Below, piece after piece: positions 9,137 to 19,861 of a stretch of DNA of 64,000 nucleotides. Numbering within the stretch: the stretch's first letter is position 1; each line of letters begins with the position of its first letter. A model generated the notes under the pieces. It was not told the DNA's origin and searched no databases. It worked only from the letters and a program-made list of their open reading frames with translations. Source of the stretch: an uncultured Pseudomonadota bacterium (GTDB taxonomy: Bacteria > Oederibacteriota > Muellerivitia > Muellerivitales > Muellerivitaceae). Location of the stretch: contig CAVYRH010000004.1 in assembly GCA_963770835.1 (NCBI GenBank), positions 96,001 to 160,000 on the forward strand, read 5' to 3'. The translations under genes and the position numbers were made by a program.

Positions 9137-10552
9137 ATGAAAACAAACCGAAAAGGAAGTTACCTGGCGCTGCTGGCCTTGTTGGCTTTGGCCTTGGCAA
9201 GGCCCGTGGAAGCGGCCAGGCTCCACGACATCAAGCACATCCTCATTATTTACCAGGAGAACCGGAGCTTTGACCATTACTACGGCCATTTCCCCGGCGC
9301 CAACGGCATCGATGACGCCGACCCGTCCCATGTGATCCAGAAGGACGTGAACAGCGTGCCTTATGCCGCCTTGACCCTGATCCAGGCTCCCACGGGCAGC
9401 CAGGGACAGGCCGACCACTTGTTCCCGACCACCTTCCCGAATACCCCCTGGGATATCAGCCTCTTCGCGGGGCCGGACCTGACGACACGGGACGTCATCC
9501 ACCGCTTCTACCACAGCTTCCACCAGATCGACGGGGGCTTGAATGACGAGTACGTCACCTGGTCCAACGGAGGCGCCATGTGCATGGGGCACTATGACGC
9601 CAACGACTTCCCCGAGGGAAAATTGGCGCAGGAATTTACGCTCTGCGACAACTATTTCCAGGGCGTGTTCGGCGGGTCGATCATGAATTACATTTATTTC
9701 GTGTCCTGCCAGGAAGCCAGCTATCCGGGCGCGCCGGCCTCGCTGCTTTCGATGGACTCGAACAACCCGGCCACGCTCAACGACAACTACCTGTCGCCGG
9801 ATTTCTTCGTGGTCAACAACATCGCTTCCTTCGTGTTTTCCTTCGGTCCCGGCCAGCCCCAATTGCCGGCCCAAAACCTGGACAACATCGGAAATGAGCT
9901 TTCCGCCCAGGGAGTCCCCTGGAAGTCCTACACGGAGGGCCTGACGGCCGCGGAAACCGACCCCACCAGCCCGGCCGCCGAGGCCTCGGACGGTTCGCCC
10001 TTCCTGTGGTTCAACGGCTACGGCCCCACCCAGCCCGGCTTCGCCCATATCCAGGACCTGTCCCAGTTCCAGCAGGACATCGACAACGGCACCCTGCCCG
10101 CCGTCATGTGGATCAAGAACGACGACATGCACGACGAACATCCCTTCACCAGCTCGGTTTTGACCGGGCAGGAGAGGGTGTTGGAGCAGGTGAACGCCAT
10201 CCGCAACAGCAAGTACTGGAAGGACACCTTGATCGTCATCACGCCGGACGAGTTCGGTGGCTGGTGGGACCACGTTTCGCCGCCCCATATCGGTGACGGC
10301 CACACCAAGCCCAACCAGGCCGACCGTTTCGGCCCCGGTCCCCGCACGCCCTTCGTCATCGTTGGGCCCTTCGCGTGGAACCATTATGTGGCCCACCAGC
10401 AGTTCGAGCCGGGTTCCCTGCTCAAGCTCATCCAGGCCCGCTACCACCTGAAGCCCTTGTCGGCGCGCAACGCGGCGGCCAACAACCTGGCCCAGGCCTT
10501 GAAACTGGACGACGACGATTGGGACCAATACCTGGATTGGGATGGGCATTAA
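9137..10552 (+). CDS. Secreted phosphoesterase (AcpA acid phosphatase/phospholipase C family), copy 1
   Basis: Signal peptide; IYQENRSFDHYYG, FTLCDNYF, GGS, DEHP, DEFGGWWDHV, GPGPRTP. Confidence 0.9.
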   Translation: MKTNRKGSYLALLALLALALARPVEAARLHDIKHILIIYQENRSFDHYYGHFPGANGIDDADPSHVIQKDVNSVPYAALTLIQAPTGSQGQADHLFPTTFPNTPWDISLFAGPDLTTRDVIHRFYHSFHQIDGGLNDEYVTWSNGGAMCMGHYDANDFPEGKLAQEFTLCDNYFQGVFGGSIMNYIYFVSCQEASYPGAPASLLSMDSNNPATLNDNYLSPDFFVVNNIASFVFSFGPGQPQLPAQNLDNIGNELSAQGVPWKSYTEGLTAAETDPTSPAAEASDGSPFLWFNGYGPTQPGFAHIQDLSQFQQDIDNGTLPAVMWIKNDDMHDEHPFTSSVLTGQERVLEQVNAIRNSKYWKDTLIVITPDEFGGWWDHVSPPHIGDGHTKPNQADRFGPGPRTPFVIVGPFAWNHYVAHQQFEPGSLLKLIQARYHLKPLSARNAAANNLAQALKLDDDDWDQYLDWDGH

Positions 10553-10613
10553 GCGCAATCCCGCGTAGGAAAGGCAACCCTCGTTTCGGGCGCCCATTTA
10601 ATTGAGTGGCGCA

Positions 10614-10647
10614 AGGCCGCCGGATTTTTCCGGCGGCCTATTTTTTT
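10614..10647 (+). terminator. Rho-independent terminator
   Basis: aggccgccgga-tttt-tccggcggcct followed by a T-tract. Confidence 0.8.
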
Positions 10648-10896
10648 GAGATGGAGTTTTCAACCGCCGTAAGTTTATCCTTCAACTCCGGAAAATTTTT
10701 AATGTTGAAAATTTTTCTTTCGGACGTTTTCCGTGAAATCGATATTCGCGCCCGCGATGTTTAACGGATGGTTAACCCGCTAGTGATTCCTGCGTTCTAA
10801 AAAATTCCAGAATGGGACTTGGAAATTTTGGAACGAACAAAAAGACTGCAGCTTTTTGCCCCAAGATTCCGATTCCATGAAAGACAAGGAGCGAAA

Positions 10897-12306
10897 ATGA
10901 AAAAACCGTTTTTGAAATCCGCCTTCGCGGTTGCGGCGGCCTGCCTGCTTTTTTCGGGCAAGCCTGCGGTCGCGGACGGGCTTGAGGGGATCAAGCACAT
11001 CGTCATCATTTACCAGGAGAACCGGAGCTTCGACAACCTTTACGGCACCTTTCCCGGCGCCAACGGGGTCGCCCAGGCCAGCGCGGTTTCCAAAACCCAG
11101 GTGGACTTGAACGGGCATCCTTACGCCAGCCTGGCCAATGTGCCCGGCGGTTTCGCCTCCGATGCCTTGTTCCCGGCCACGGTACCCAACGGCCCCTGGG
11201 ACATCGGCCTCTACGCGCCGCCCAACATGGCCACCCGCGATATCTCCCACAATTTTTACCACGAGATAAAGCAGGCCAACGGCGGGTTGATGAACGAGTT
11301 TTCCACCTGGTCCGACGACCCGGCCCTCTGCATGGGCCATTACGATTACCAGACACTGCCCGAGGCGGCCCTGGCCCAGGAATTCACCCTTTGCGACAAT
11401 TATTTCCAGGGCACCTTCGGGGCCTCGATGCTGAACCACCTCTTCATGATCGGCGCCAGGGACCCGGGATCCTTCCCTCAATTCCAGGCGGTAAGCCAGG
11501 TTTCGGTCATCACCAACGACCCGAATACGCTGCAGGACAACGCGGTGTCGCCCGCGCCGTTCTTCTTCCTGGTCAACAGCGACGACCCCTTCAACCCCCC
11601 TCATGGCGTGCCGGCGCCGGACGGCATCTATGTGCCGGTCCTGACCTATGACACCATCGGGGACCGCCTGAACGACAAGGGCATCAGCTGGAAATGGTAC
11701 GCGCAGAACTGGGACGCCACGATCGCGGACCCGAACGGCGCCATCGCCGGGAACTTCGATTTCGACCACCAGCCCTTCGACTTTTTCGCCAACTACGCGC
11801 CAGGCACTCCTGGACGCGCCGCGCACCTGCAGGACGTGAACAATTTCTTCAGCGACGTCCAGAACCACAGCCTGCCTTCCGTGGTTTGGATCAAGCCCTA
11901 CGCCACTGATAACGAGCACCCGGCCGACGGCATCCTTTTGGACGGCCAGAACTACGCCATGTCGCTGGTAAACACGATCCGCAACAGCGACTATTGGAAG
12001 GACACCCTGGTCATCATCACCTACGACGAATCGGGCGGCTGGTGGGACCACGTGGCTCCCCCGCATGTGGGCGACGGCCATACCCTGCCGGGCCAAAGCG
12101 ACCAATTCGGCCCCGGGGCGAGGCTTCCGCTCCTCCTGGCCGGGCCCTTCGCCAAACAGCACTTTGTCAGCCACACGCAGTTCGACACGGCCTCGATCCT
12201 GAAGCTGATTGAAACCCGCTGGCACTTGAGGCCCTTGGCCGTCCGCGACGCGGCAGCCAACAACTTGGCCCAGGCCCTGGATGTGGATGACGACGACCGG
12301 CCCTGA
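10897..12306 (+). CDS. Secreted phosphoesterase (AcpA acid phosphatase/phospholipase C family), copy 2
   Basis: AAGGAG RBS; signal peptide; IYQENRSFDNLYG, GASMLNH, NEHP, YDESGGWWDHV. Confidence 0.9.
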   Translation: MKKPFLKSAFAVAAACLLFSGKPAVADGLEGIKHIVIIYQENRSFDNLYGTFPGANGVAQASAVSKTQVDLNGHPYASLANVPGGFASDALFPATVPNGPWDIGLYAPPNMATRDISHNFYHEIKQANGGLMNEFSTWSDDPALCMGHYDYQTLPEAALAQEFTLCDNYFQGTFGASMLNHLFMIGARDPGSFPQFQAVSQVSVITNDPNTLQDNAVSPAPFFFLVNSDDPFNPPHGVPAPDGIYVPVLTYDTIGDRLNDKGISWKWYAQNWDATIADPNGAIAGNFDFDHQPFDFFANYAPGTPGRAAHLQDVNNFFSDVQNHSLPSVVWIKPYATDNEHPADGILLDGQNYAMSLVNTIRNSDYWKDTLVIITYDESGGWWDHVAPPHVGDGHTLPGQSDQFGPGARLPLLLAGPFAKQHFVSHTQFDTASILKLIETRWHLRPLAVRDAAANNLAQALDVDDDDRP

Positions 12307-12324
12307 GGGGACGGTGGATTTCGA

Positions 12325-12356
12325 AGGCCGCTGCCCACCGGCAGCGGCCTTTTTTT
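12325..12356 (+). terminator. Rho-independent terminator
   Basis: aggccgctgcc-cacc-ggcagcggcc followed by a T-tract. Confidence 0.85.
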
Positions 12357-12464
12357 ATTTCCGGCCCTTGGAATCCTCCCCTTGGCGGTCTTCCTAACCC
12401 CTCCCGCGAGATTTCCTTGGAGACGGGTCCGGTCCTCCGATAAACTCACGGCGGAGGGAAAGAT

Positions 12465-12932
12465 ATGTTCCACGTTGTCCTCATCGAACCTGAGATACCC
12501 TGGAACACCGGCAACATCGGGCGCACATGCCTGGGCGCAGGCGCGAATCTCCACCTGGTGGGCCGGTTGGGTTTCCACCTAGACAACAAGCAAGTGCAGC
12601 GCGCGGGGCTGGATTACTGGGAAAAAGTGAAACTGTACCGGCACGACACCTGGGAAGGATTCCTCGAAAGCCTCCCGGCCAAATCCGAACTTTTCTTCTT
12701 TTCCACCAAAGGAAAGCAAGCTTATTGGGATATTGAATATCCAAAGGGTTCCTACCTGGTTTTCGGCAAGGAAACGGCGGGCTTTCCCAAAAAGTTTTAC
12801 GAGGTCTATAAAGAAAAGCTGTATCGTATCCCCCAACAGGGTGAGGACATCCGGAGTTTGAATCTTTCCACGGCGGTGGGGATCGTGTTGTTTGAGGCCC
12901 TCCGGCAGGCAGGTTCACACAGGAAACAATAG
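12465..12932 (+). CDS. trmL: tRNA (cytidine/uridine(34)-2'-O)-methyltransferase (SPOUT family)
   Basis: EPEIPWNTGNIGRTC, RAGLDYW, FGKETAG, RSLNLS. Confidence 0.95.
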   Translation: MFHVVLIEPEIPWNTGNIGRTCLGAGANLHLVGRLGFHLDNKQVQRAGLDYWEKVKLYRHDTWEGFLESLPAKSELFFFSTKGKQAYWDIEYPKGSYLVFGKETAGFPKKFYEVYKEKLYRIPQQGEDIRSLNLSTAVGIVLFEALRQAGSHRKQ

Positions 12933-12968
12933 GTCATTCGTATTCATTGTTCATTTCAAGGAGGGGTT

Positions 12969-13337
12969 ATGTATTGCCGGAACTGTAAAAAGAAGGTGGC
13001 TGACCTGGCGGTTGTGTGCGTTCACTGCGGTTTTCCCCCCAAAAGCGGCAAAAGTTTCTGCCAGAATTGCGGCGCCAAAACCGATCCCAACGCGGTCATC
13101 TGCGTCAAATGCGGGGTGCGGTTGGCCCAAGTCGGCAAGGATTGGCTGGTCACCCTCCTCCTTTGCATTTTCCTGGGAGGACTGGGAATCCACCGTTTTT
13201 ATACCGGAAGCATCGGCATCGGTATCGCCCAATTGGTGACCCTGGGCGGCTGCGGAATCTGGACTTTGGTCGACCTGATCCTGATCGTCACGGGTTCCTA
13301 CAGGGATTCCGACGGGTACGTTCTTGTCCGGTACTGA
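12969..13337 (+). CDS. TM2-domain protein with N-terminal double zinc ribbon
   Basis: Four CxxC pairs; LGGLGIHRFYTG...LGGCGIWTLVD. Confidence 0.9.
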   Translation: MYCRNCKKKVADLAVVCVHCGFPPKSGKSFCQNCGAKTDPNAVICVKCGVRLAQVGKDWLVTLLLCIFLGGLGIHRFYTGSIGIGIAQLVTLGGCGIWTLVDLILIVTGSYRDSDGYVLVRY

Positions 13338-13692
13338 CGGTTCGGCCAGGCCAGGGCTCAGGAACGGTTTCTTTTTCCTTGCGCTTATTTCCATTCCGGT
13401 CGCCCTTGCGGTTTTACCGGTTTCCTTCTTTGAGGCGATGCCATCCCTTTGCCTGGTCCGAAACCTATTTCACGTGCCTTGCCCGGGTTGCGGAATGACA
13501 AGGGCCCTGTGTTGCGTGTTCCACGGGAGGCTCGTGGAGGCCTACCATTACAACCCCCTCGTTATCCTTGTTTTTCCACTCTTGTCTTTTACCTGGTTCA
13601 AAACGGTTCTTCGATTATGGAAGGAAATTAGGGATGAAAAACCCCGGACTTGGCACGACAAGCCGGTAAAGAATTATTTCCAACAAAGCTGA
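13324..13692 (+). CDS. DUF2752-family membrane protein
   Basis: C...PCPGCGMTRA...A..YNPL; typically lies next to TM2 genes. Confidence 0.85.
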   Translation: MSGTDGSARPGLRNGFFFLALISIPVALAVLPVSFFEAMPSLCLVRNLFHVPCPGCGMTRALCCVFHGRLVEAYHYNPLVILVFPLLSFTWFKTVLRLWKEIRDEKPRTWHDKPVKNYFQQS

Positions 13693-13743
13693 GAACCCCC
13701 ACTTCCGAACCGGAGGAAGCTCGGCTCCCTGATTAACGGTCCT

Positions 13744-14490
13744 CTAGGGTTCTAAAGGAGGGCGGGGGCCCTTGGGTTTCTTGGGGCTTTCACCCTTGCT
13801 TCCTTTTTGATACCTCCAAATTCCGTAAAAACCGGACCCCAATAAGGCGAGGATAATGACCACCTGTTCCAGCAAGGATAATTTGTGGGCGGTTTGATCA
13901 TCCGGGGCCGATCCCGCGGGAACCAGCACCGAAAGGGCGAGGGAACAAACGATCGCCAGCAACAGGGGCCAGAAACTTTCGACCACCAGGGTCGTTTCAT
14001 CCTCACCCTTCAGGCTTTCGGGAACCTGGGGCTTTTCCCCCTTAAACCGCATCATCAACTGGATTAACCGCGCCATTTGGCCGCTAACCTCGGCGCGGGA
14101 AGGGTCCTCGCCGGAAATTTTTTGGTACTCGGACAATAGGGAGTCCAGCTTCCCGAAACAAAAATAGAGGTCGATCCGGCTTTGATGGCCCGCCGGCCAA
14201 TCCCAATGGTTATCCAAGATCCCAGTGATTTGCAGGTCGGCTTTTTCGAACAGAAGGGGGTCTTTCCGCTCGCGGGCCATGGAGCACAGATAGGAAGCCC
14301 TTCTGCGGGCCACCCCCAAATCGGCCGGTTCCAGGGCGAGGTAACGCCCGTAATAATTTACGGCCAGTTCCTGCTTGCCCTCCGTCCAATAAAGGTCGGC
14401 GGCCTTCAGGACAGCTTCTTTTTCCCCTAGGCCGCAGCTGGGGCAGGTAGCGGCATCCATTTTTTCGATGCGGCAGTAAGGGCAGATCAA
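13744..14490 (-). CDS. Hypothetical protein: zinc ribbon, TPR-like helices and two C-terminal TM segments
   Basis: CPYC...CPSC at the N-terminus; TPR-like YYGRYLALEP; hydrophobic C-terminus. Confidence 0.65.
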   Translation of the reverse strand: MICPYCRIEKMDAATCPSCGLGEKEAVLKAADLYWTEGKQELAVNYYGRYLALEPADLGVARRRASYLCSMARERKDPLLFEKADLQITGILDNHWDWPAGHQSRIDLYFCFGKLDSLLSEYQKISGEDPSRAEVSGQMARLIQLMMRFKGEKPQVPESLKGEDETTLVVESFWPLLLAIVCSLALSVLVPAGSAPDDQTAHKLSLLEQVVIILALLGSGFYGIWRYQKGSKGESPKKPKGPRPPLEP

Positions 14491-14613
14491 GGCGGTTCCT
14501 TTGGGATCATTCCAGTGAGGTGAATATTCTCAGCGTTCTTTCGCGGCTTGGCAAAACAATTTCGGGGCCGCCGGGGTTGATTATGGCCCTTCTTTCCGGC
14601 ACTCTGGGGCCTC

Positions 14614-16761
14614 ATGAAGCTCAAAGTCGCCCTTCTTTTTCTTTTCCTGCTTCTCATCTTCGGCATGGGGTGGTGGATGGATACCCAAAATACTCCTTCT
14701 TCCTATAAATACACTAATCGGCTTATCCATGAAAAGAGCCCCTACCTGTTGCAGCACGCCCACAACCCGGTGGACTGGTATCCCTGGGGCGAAGAGGCCT
14801 TCGAGAAGGCGAAAAAAGAGGACAAACCCATCTTCCTTTCCATCGGTTACTCCACCTGCCACTGGTGCCATGTGATGGAGCATGAAAGCTTTGAGAACGA
14901 GGCCACGGCCAAACTTATGAACGAAAATTTCGTGTGCATCAAGGTGGACCGCGAGGAGCGGCCCGACGTGGACCAGATTTACATGAACGCCGTCATGGCC
15001 TTGACCGGCCAGGGCGGCTGGCCCTTGAACCTGTTCCTGACGCCGGACTTGAAACCCTTCTACGGCGGCACTTATTTCCCCCCCGACGGCCGCTATGGAA
15101 GGCCCGGGTTCCCCTCCGTGCTCCAGGATATCGAACGGGTTTGGAAGACCCAGAGGGACCAGGTAGAAAAAGCCGGGGGGCAGTTGGCCGGGATTGTCGC
15201 CAGCCCCAACAAAGACACCTCCGGCGGACCCTTGACCGAGCGGGTTTTGAACCAGGCCCGCAACGAACTGGAAAAGGGTTTCGATGAAAAGGAGGGAGGG
15301 TTCCGTGGCGCGCCCAAGTTTCCGCCCTCCATGGCGATCCAATTCCTGCTGCGCATTTACCAAAAGACGGGGGATCCCAAAATCCTGCCCCAGGTGGAAT
15401 TGACCCTGGACAAGATGTCCCAGGGCGGCATTTACGACCAGGTGGGCGGTGGCTTCGCCCGCTATTCGACCGACGACCAATGGCTGGTGCCCCACTTCGA
15501 GAAGATGCTTTACGACAACGCCCTCTTGGCGCGAGCCTACCTGGAAGCGTACCAAGTCACGGGGAAGCCGGAATACGCGCGCGTGGCACGGGAAATCTTC
15601 GCTTATGTCTTGCGGGACATGACGGACAAGGACGGCGGCTTTTACAGCGCCGAGGACGCCGACAGCGAGGGGGAAGAAGGGAAGTTTTACGTTTGGACCC
15701 CCGCCGAGTTAAAGGCCATCCTGGGCGAGAAGGACGGCGCCGATTTCGCCAAGCTCTACGGCGCCACGGAAGCGGGGAACTTCGAAAGCAGCAACATCCT
15801 CCATTTGAAAACGGACTTGCCTGAATCCCTGAAGGCCCTGGGGAAGGACGAAAAATGGTGGGAAGGGGCAAGGGCGAAGGTGCTCCAAGCCCGATCCCAG
15901 CGCGTGAGGCCCCACTTGGACGACAAGATTCTGACCGCCTGGAACAGCCTCATGATTTCTGCCCTGGCTTGCGGATACCAGGTTTTGGGCGACCCGGAGT
16001 ACCTCCAGGCGGCCCAGAAGGCTTCGGACTTCATCAACCGTAACCTGTTTAAAGAGGAGAGGCTCCTGGCTTCTTATCGGCAGGGCCCCTCGAACATCCA
16101 AGGCTACATCGACGATTACGCTTTTTACCAGGAAGCCCAACTGGACCTTTACGAAAGCACCTTCGATACCACCTATTTAAAGAGAGCTCTCGATCTGGAA
16201 AAAGAAATGTCGCGGCTTTTCTGGGACGACAAGAACGGCGGCTATTACTTCACGGGCATCGACCAAAAGGACGCCGGCCGGCTTTTGACCCGCACTAAGG
16301 ATGCCTATGACGGCGTCATCCCCTCGGGTAACTCGGTGGCGGCCCTGAATGATTACCGGCTGGCGGAATTCACCGGCCAAAAGGACTACCGCGACCGGGC
16401 TGACGCCATCCTGCGGGCCTTCTCAGGGCTCTTGGAACGGGGGGCGTCCAACTTTCCCAAGATGCTCCAGGCCTTCCAGTTTGATTTCTATGGGTCGGCC
16501 GAAATATTTGTCGTGGGGCCGAAGGCCGATTCAGAAGGGACGCTCCGGGTATTATGGAAAACTTTTCTTCCCAACAAGGTCCTGGTTTTCGCCGAGGATA
16601 GCGGGGGGCGGGCCCTTACCTCACTCGTCCCTTGGGCCGAGGGACGCCCGAGCCAAAAGGGCAAACCGACAATTTACGTCTGCAGGAATTTCCAATGCCA
16701 ATTGCCCACCACGGATGAAAAAAAGGTTTTGGAACTTCTTTCTAACTCCGGCGGGCAATGA
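14614..16761 (+). CDS. Thioredoxin-domain protein, YyaL/SPATA20 family, with N-terminal membrane anchor
   Basis: [48 protein letters not shown]. Confidence 0.95.
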   Translation: MKLKVALLFLFLLLIFGMGWWMDTQNTPSSYKYTNRLIHEKSPYLLQHAHNPVDWYPWGEEAFEKAKKEDKPIFLSIGYSTCHWCHVMEHESFENEATAKLMNENFVCIKVDREERPDVDQIYMNAVMALTGQGGWPLNLFLTPDLKPFYGGTYFPPDGRYGRPGFPSVLQDIERVWKTQRDQVEKAGGQLAGIVASPNKDTSGGPLTERVLNQARNELEKGFDEKEGGFRGAPKFPPSMAIQFLLRIYQKTGDPKILPQVELTLDKMSQGGIYDQVGGGFARYSTDDQWLVPHFEKMLYDNALLARAYLEAYQVTGKPEYARVAREIFAYVLRDMTDKDGGFYSAEDADSEGEEGKFYVWTPAELKAILGEKDGADFAKLYGATEAGNFESSNILHLKTDLPESLKALGKDEKWWEGARAKVLQARSQRVRPHLDDKILTAWNSLMISALACGYQVLGDPEYLQAAQKASDFINRNLFKEERLLASYRQGPSNIQGYIDDYAFYQEAQLDLYESTFDTTYLKRALDLEKEMSRLFWDDKNGGYYFTGIDQKDAGRLLTRTKDAYDGVIPSGNSVAALNDYRLAEFTGQKDYRDRADAILRAFSGLLERGASNFPKMLQAFQFDFYGSAEIFVVGPKADSEGTLRVLWKTFLPNKVLVFAEDSGGRALTSLVPWAEGRPSQKGKPTIYVCRNFQCQLPTTDEKKVLELLSNSGGQ

Positions 16762-17126
16762 TTGACCCCCTTTTCAACAAGGTCATCCAGCAAGTTTTGG
16801 GAGAGCTGCCGCCGGACCTGAAGGCTGCCCTGGGCACGGTGGAGATCGATGTCCGCGACGTTCCCAGTCCCGAACAGATACATCGAAGCGGGCTCAAACC
16901 CGACAATGACCTTTTCGGCCTTTTCGAGGGGCTGAGCCTCAAGGATTGGCCCATCGGCCGGGAGCGGTATTTCCCAGACCGCATCACCCTTTTCGAGGAG
17001 TCCCTCAAGCGGCATTACCCCCAAAAGCAGGAATTGGCCCTCCAGATTCGCACCACCTTGATCCATGAATTGGGACATTATTTTGGGTTTTCTGAAAGGG
17101 AATTGAAGGACCGGGGTTTCGGCTAA
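16758..17126 (+). CDS. Zincin-like metallopeptidase family protein (DUF1025-like)
   Basis: [22 protein letters not shown]. Confidence 0.9.
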   Translation: MIDPLFNKVIQQVLGELPPDLKAALGTVEIDVRDVPSPEQIHRSGLKPDNDLFGLFEGLSLKDWPIGRERYFPDRITLFEESLKRHYPQKQELALQIRTTLIHELGHYFGFSERELKDRGFG

Positions 17127-17163
17127 GAGGTCTCAGGCATTATTTCTTTCTAAGGAGCAGGCT

Positions 17164-17586
17164 ATGGGAATGCTGAAGGAATTCAGGGAGTTCGCGGTCA
17201 AGGGAAACATGGTGGACTTGGCGGTTGGAATTATCATTGGGGGGGCCTTTGGGAAAGTTGTTTCCTCCATCGTGGCGGATGTCCTCATGCCGCCCTTGGG
17301 ATTATTGATCGGCGGACTTAATTTCACCGATATCAAAATCAAATTGAAGGAGGCGGTCCTGGACGCGACGGGGAAACCCACCCATGACCCGGTGACGCTG
17401 AACATCGGCAATTTTATCCAATCGCTGGTCGATTTCGCCATCGTGGCCTTCGCGGTTTTCCTCCTGGTGAAAGCCATTAACAGCCTGCATCGGAAGGCCG
17501 AGGAAGCTCCCGCGCCGCCAGCCCCACCCACGAAACAAGAGGAACTCCTTACGGAAATCAGGGATTTGTTGAAAAAAAACCGATGA
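17164..17586 (+). CDS. mscL: Large-conductance mechanosensitive channel
   Basis: [28 protein letters not shown]...LLTEIRDLL. Confidence 0.98.
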   Translation: MGMLKEFREFAVKGNMVDLAVGIIIGGAFGKVVSSIVADVLMPPLGLLIGGLNFTDIKIKLKEAVLDATGKPTHDPVTLNIGNFIQSLVDFAIVAFAVFLLVKAINSLHRKAEEAPAPPAPPTKQEELLTEIRDLLKKNR

Positions 17587-17826
17587 AAAAAATCGGAACC
17601 CTTCCAATCAAGGAATACCGGGGTTTCGGATACATCCAGATAAAGGCCCATTTTGGGTTTGTTTACCGCCTGTTTTAACGGAAGGTTAAAAATGATTTTG
17701 CCTGGATTTTTAAATATCTTTTTAATAGCCTGCATCCAATTGGATTGAAGAAACGTCTAATAACCAGCCGGCAACTGTTTAATCCAATTATGCCGGAAGC
17801 AGTAAACTTTATTAGGGGAGGAATGC

Positions 17827-18132
17827 ATGAAGAACCATTTGCGTAAATTGATTTTGGGCATGGGAGTATTGGGTTTAATGGCCCTGCCCATGGCAGTGAA
17901 AGCCGACGGTTTAAACCTGAGCGTCAATATTGGCCAGGACGACCAGGCCCATTTTGATTTCAAGGGCGGGGCAGGGCATCACCATCCGATGATTTGGAAG
18001 GCCGCCATGCAGTTGCGCAATGCCAAGCATACCCTTTGGCAGGCCGCTGATGACTTCCACGGGCATAAGGCGGATGCGATCCAAGCCATTAACGCGGCTT
18101 TGGACCAGCTCAAGAATTGTGAAATGCAGTAA
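17827..18132 (+). CDS. Small secreted hypothetical protein
   Basis: GGAGG RBS; signal peptide ending VKA; helical His-containing domain (HP...FHGHKADAI). Confidence 0.75.
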   Translation: MKNHLRKLILGMGVLGLMALPMAVKADGLNLSVNIGQDDQAHFDFKGGAGHHHPMIWKAAMQLRNAKHTLWQAADDFHGHKADAIQAINAALDQLKNCEMQ

Positions 18133-18144
18133 ACAACCGCTATC

Positions 18145-18177
18145 AAAAAGCCACCGGAATTTCCGGTGGCTTTTTTT
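18145..18177 (+). terminator. Rho-independent terminator (possibly bidirectional)
   Basis: aaaaagccaccgga-att-tccggtggcttttttt. Confidence 0.85.
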
Positions 18178-18233
18178 ATTTTAGGGATTCCGTTTATTCG
18201 CTGTCATCACGATATAGAGTAAAAACATATTCC

Positions 18234-19094
18234 TTGGAATATGAAAAAGATGGAGTTGTTTTGCGGACCACCGATTTTTGCATCGAAAGCCGGGATGGGC
18301 GCGAGATTTGGGGAACCCTGGATCTGCCCGGGGAAGCCTCGCATCCCGCGATTGTCATGGCCCACGGGGCCCTGGGATTCAAGGATTGGGCTTTCTTTCC
18401 CTGGCTTGCCCATTTTTTCGCCGGTGAAGGTTTTCCGGTCGTTCGGCTCAACTTCTCTGGCTCGGGCATGGACTCCCAAAAAGACGGGCCTTTCGTGAAC
18501 CTGGAAGCTTTTCAAAACGACACGATTTCCCGGCAAGTGGAGGAATTTCGCTCTGTCATCCATGGCGCGACCCATGGCCAATTGGCGCCGGACCTGCCCG
18601 CGCAAAAAAACATTTATCTTTGGGGGCATTCCCGTGGCGGGGCGGTATGCCTTTTGGCGGCGGGTGGAACACCGGCCGTGAAAGCGGTGACCACTTGGGC
18701 CACCATTGCCCGGGTCAACCGCTACCTTTATGAAGTGAAGCAAGCCTGGCGGAAACAGGGCTTTTCCGCCCAGGAAAGCTCGCGGACGGGCCAACTCCTG
18801 AAGTATTCCACCGGTTTCCTGGACGACGTGGAGAAATGGGGAAAGGAAGGGGACGTGCCGACCTACCTTCATAACCTCAACCTTCCCGTCCTCTTGGTCC
18901 ACGGTTCGGAGGATACCAGTGTCCCGCCGGAGGAATCGGAAAGCCTGGCGGCGGTGAATCCCCTGGCCCGGTTGGTCCTCCTAGCCGGGGCCAACCACAA
19001 GTTCAACGCCTCCCATCCCTTCACCGAAGCATCCGCGGCCTTGACGGAGGCGACCCAGCGAACCGTTGGGTTTTATCGGAGCATTCCAACGTGA
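18234..19094 (+). CDS. Alpha/beta hydrolase (true start possibly TTG at 18261)
   Basis: HG..GFKDW, GHSRGG nucleophile elbow, HGSEDTSV, ANHKF. Confidence 0.9.
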   Translation: MEYEKDGVVLRTTDFCIESRDGREIWGTLDLPGEASHPAIVMAHGALGFKDWAFFPWLAHFFAGEGFPVVRLNFSGSGMDSQKDGPFVNLEAFQNDTISRQVEEFRSVIHGATHGQLAPDLPAQKNIYLWGHSRGGAVCLLAAGGTPAVKAVTTWATIARVNRYLYEVKQAWRKQGFSAQESSRTGQLLKYSTGFLDDVEKWGKEGDVPTYLHNLNLPVLLVHGSEDTSVPPEESESLAAVNPLARLVLLAGANHKFNASHPFTEASAALTEATQRTVGFYRSIPT

Positions 19095-19113
19095 GGTCCG
19101 GGTACAATCCTCC

Positions 19114-19794
19114 ATGAAAAAAAACGGCCGCCACTCCGCGCCCCAAAAACACCTTCACCTCCGTTTCCACCTCAAGGATTTCCCGGGGTTTTCCGCCAGG
19201 GACCTGAAGGACCTGGAGCGGTATTACCGCTCCCAATTGGAAGGCCACGAGGCGCCCGAAAAAAGGGTTGGATGGAACACGGCCCAGAGCCAAAGGGTGC
19301 GGTTTGAGGCCTTGGCTTCCGTGGGCCCCCTGAAGGGCGCAAAGGTACTGGATGTGGGATGCGGGTTGGGGGCTTTTTGGGGCTATTTAAAGGAAAAAGG
19401 GGCCGGGGTGGATTACACCGGCGTGGATCTTTTTCCTAACGTCATCCGAGAAGCCCGGAAGCTTTATCCGGACGCGAAGTTCCAGGCCCGCCGTATTCTC
19501 TCCAGGCCTTTCCCGGCCGGAAGTTTCGATTACTCTTTTTTGTCCGGCGTCTTCAATGTGAAGGTGAAGGACAATTGGCGCTATATGAAAGCCGTTCTTG
19601 CCTCTGCTCTCCGCCAAAGCCGCAAGGCGGTGGCTTTCAACGCACTGAACGCTGAGGCGGGAATCAAGGAAAAAGACCGCTTCACCGTAAGCCCCCAGGA
19701 ACTGTCGGACTTCGGCCGGAGCCTGGGCGTTTCCCGCGCGCATTTGATAGACCACTACCATCATTTGGATCTGACGCTCTTCCTTTACAAATAG
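19114..19794 (+). CDS. Class I SAM-dependent methyltransferase
   Basis: VGW..SQRVRF, VLDVGCGLG, YTGVD, FDY..LSGVFN. Confidence 0.9.
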   Translation: MKKNGRHSAPQKHLHLRFHLKDFPGFSARDLKDLERYYRSQLEGHEAPEKRVGWNTAQSQRVRFEALASVGPLKGAKVLDVGCGLGAFWGYLKEKGAGVDYTGVDLFPNVIREARKLYPDAKFQARRILSRPFPAGSFDYSFLSGVFNVKVKDNWRYMKAVLASALRQSRKAVAFNALNAEAGIKEKDRFTVSPQELSDFGRSLGVSRAHLIDHYHHLDLTLFLYK

Positions 19795-19861
19795 AGAAGC
19801 GACAAAGGGGAATCCTAGAAAAGGGTGGAAAAGCGGCAATCCTTTCCCCTACACTCGCTCC

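Noticed and set aside
9086..12225. Long minus-strand ORFs (503 aa and 481 aa)
   Set aside because: Antisense shadows of the two GC-rich phosphoesterase genes; no motifs
17612..17628. Additional SOS box GAATAC-CGGG-GTTTC downstream of mscL
   Set aside because: Only one half-site matches and it is not next to a repair gene
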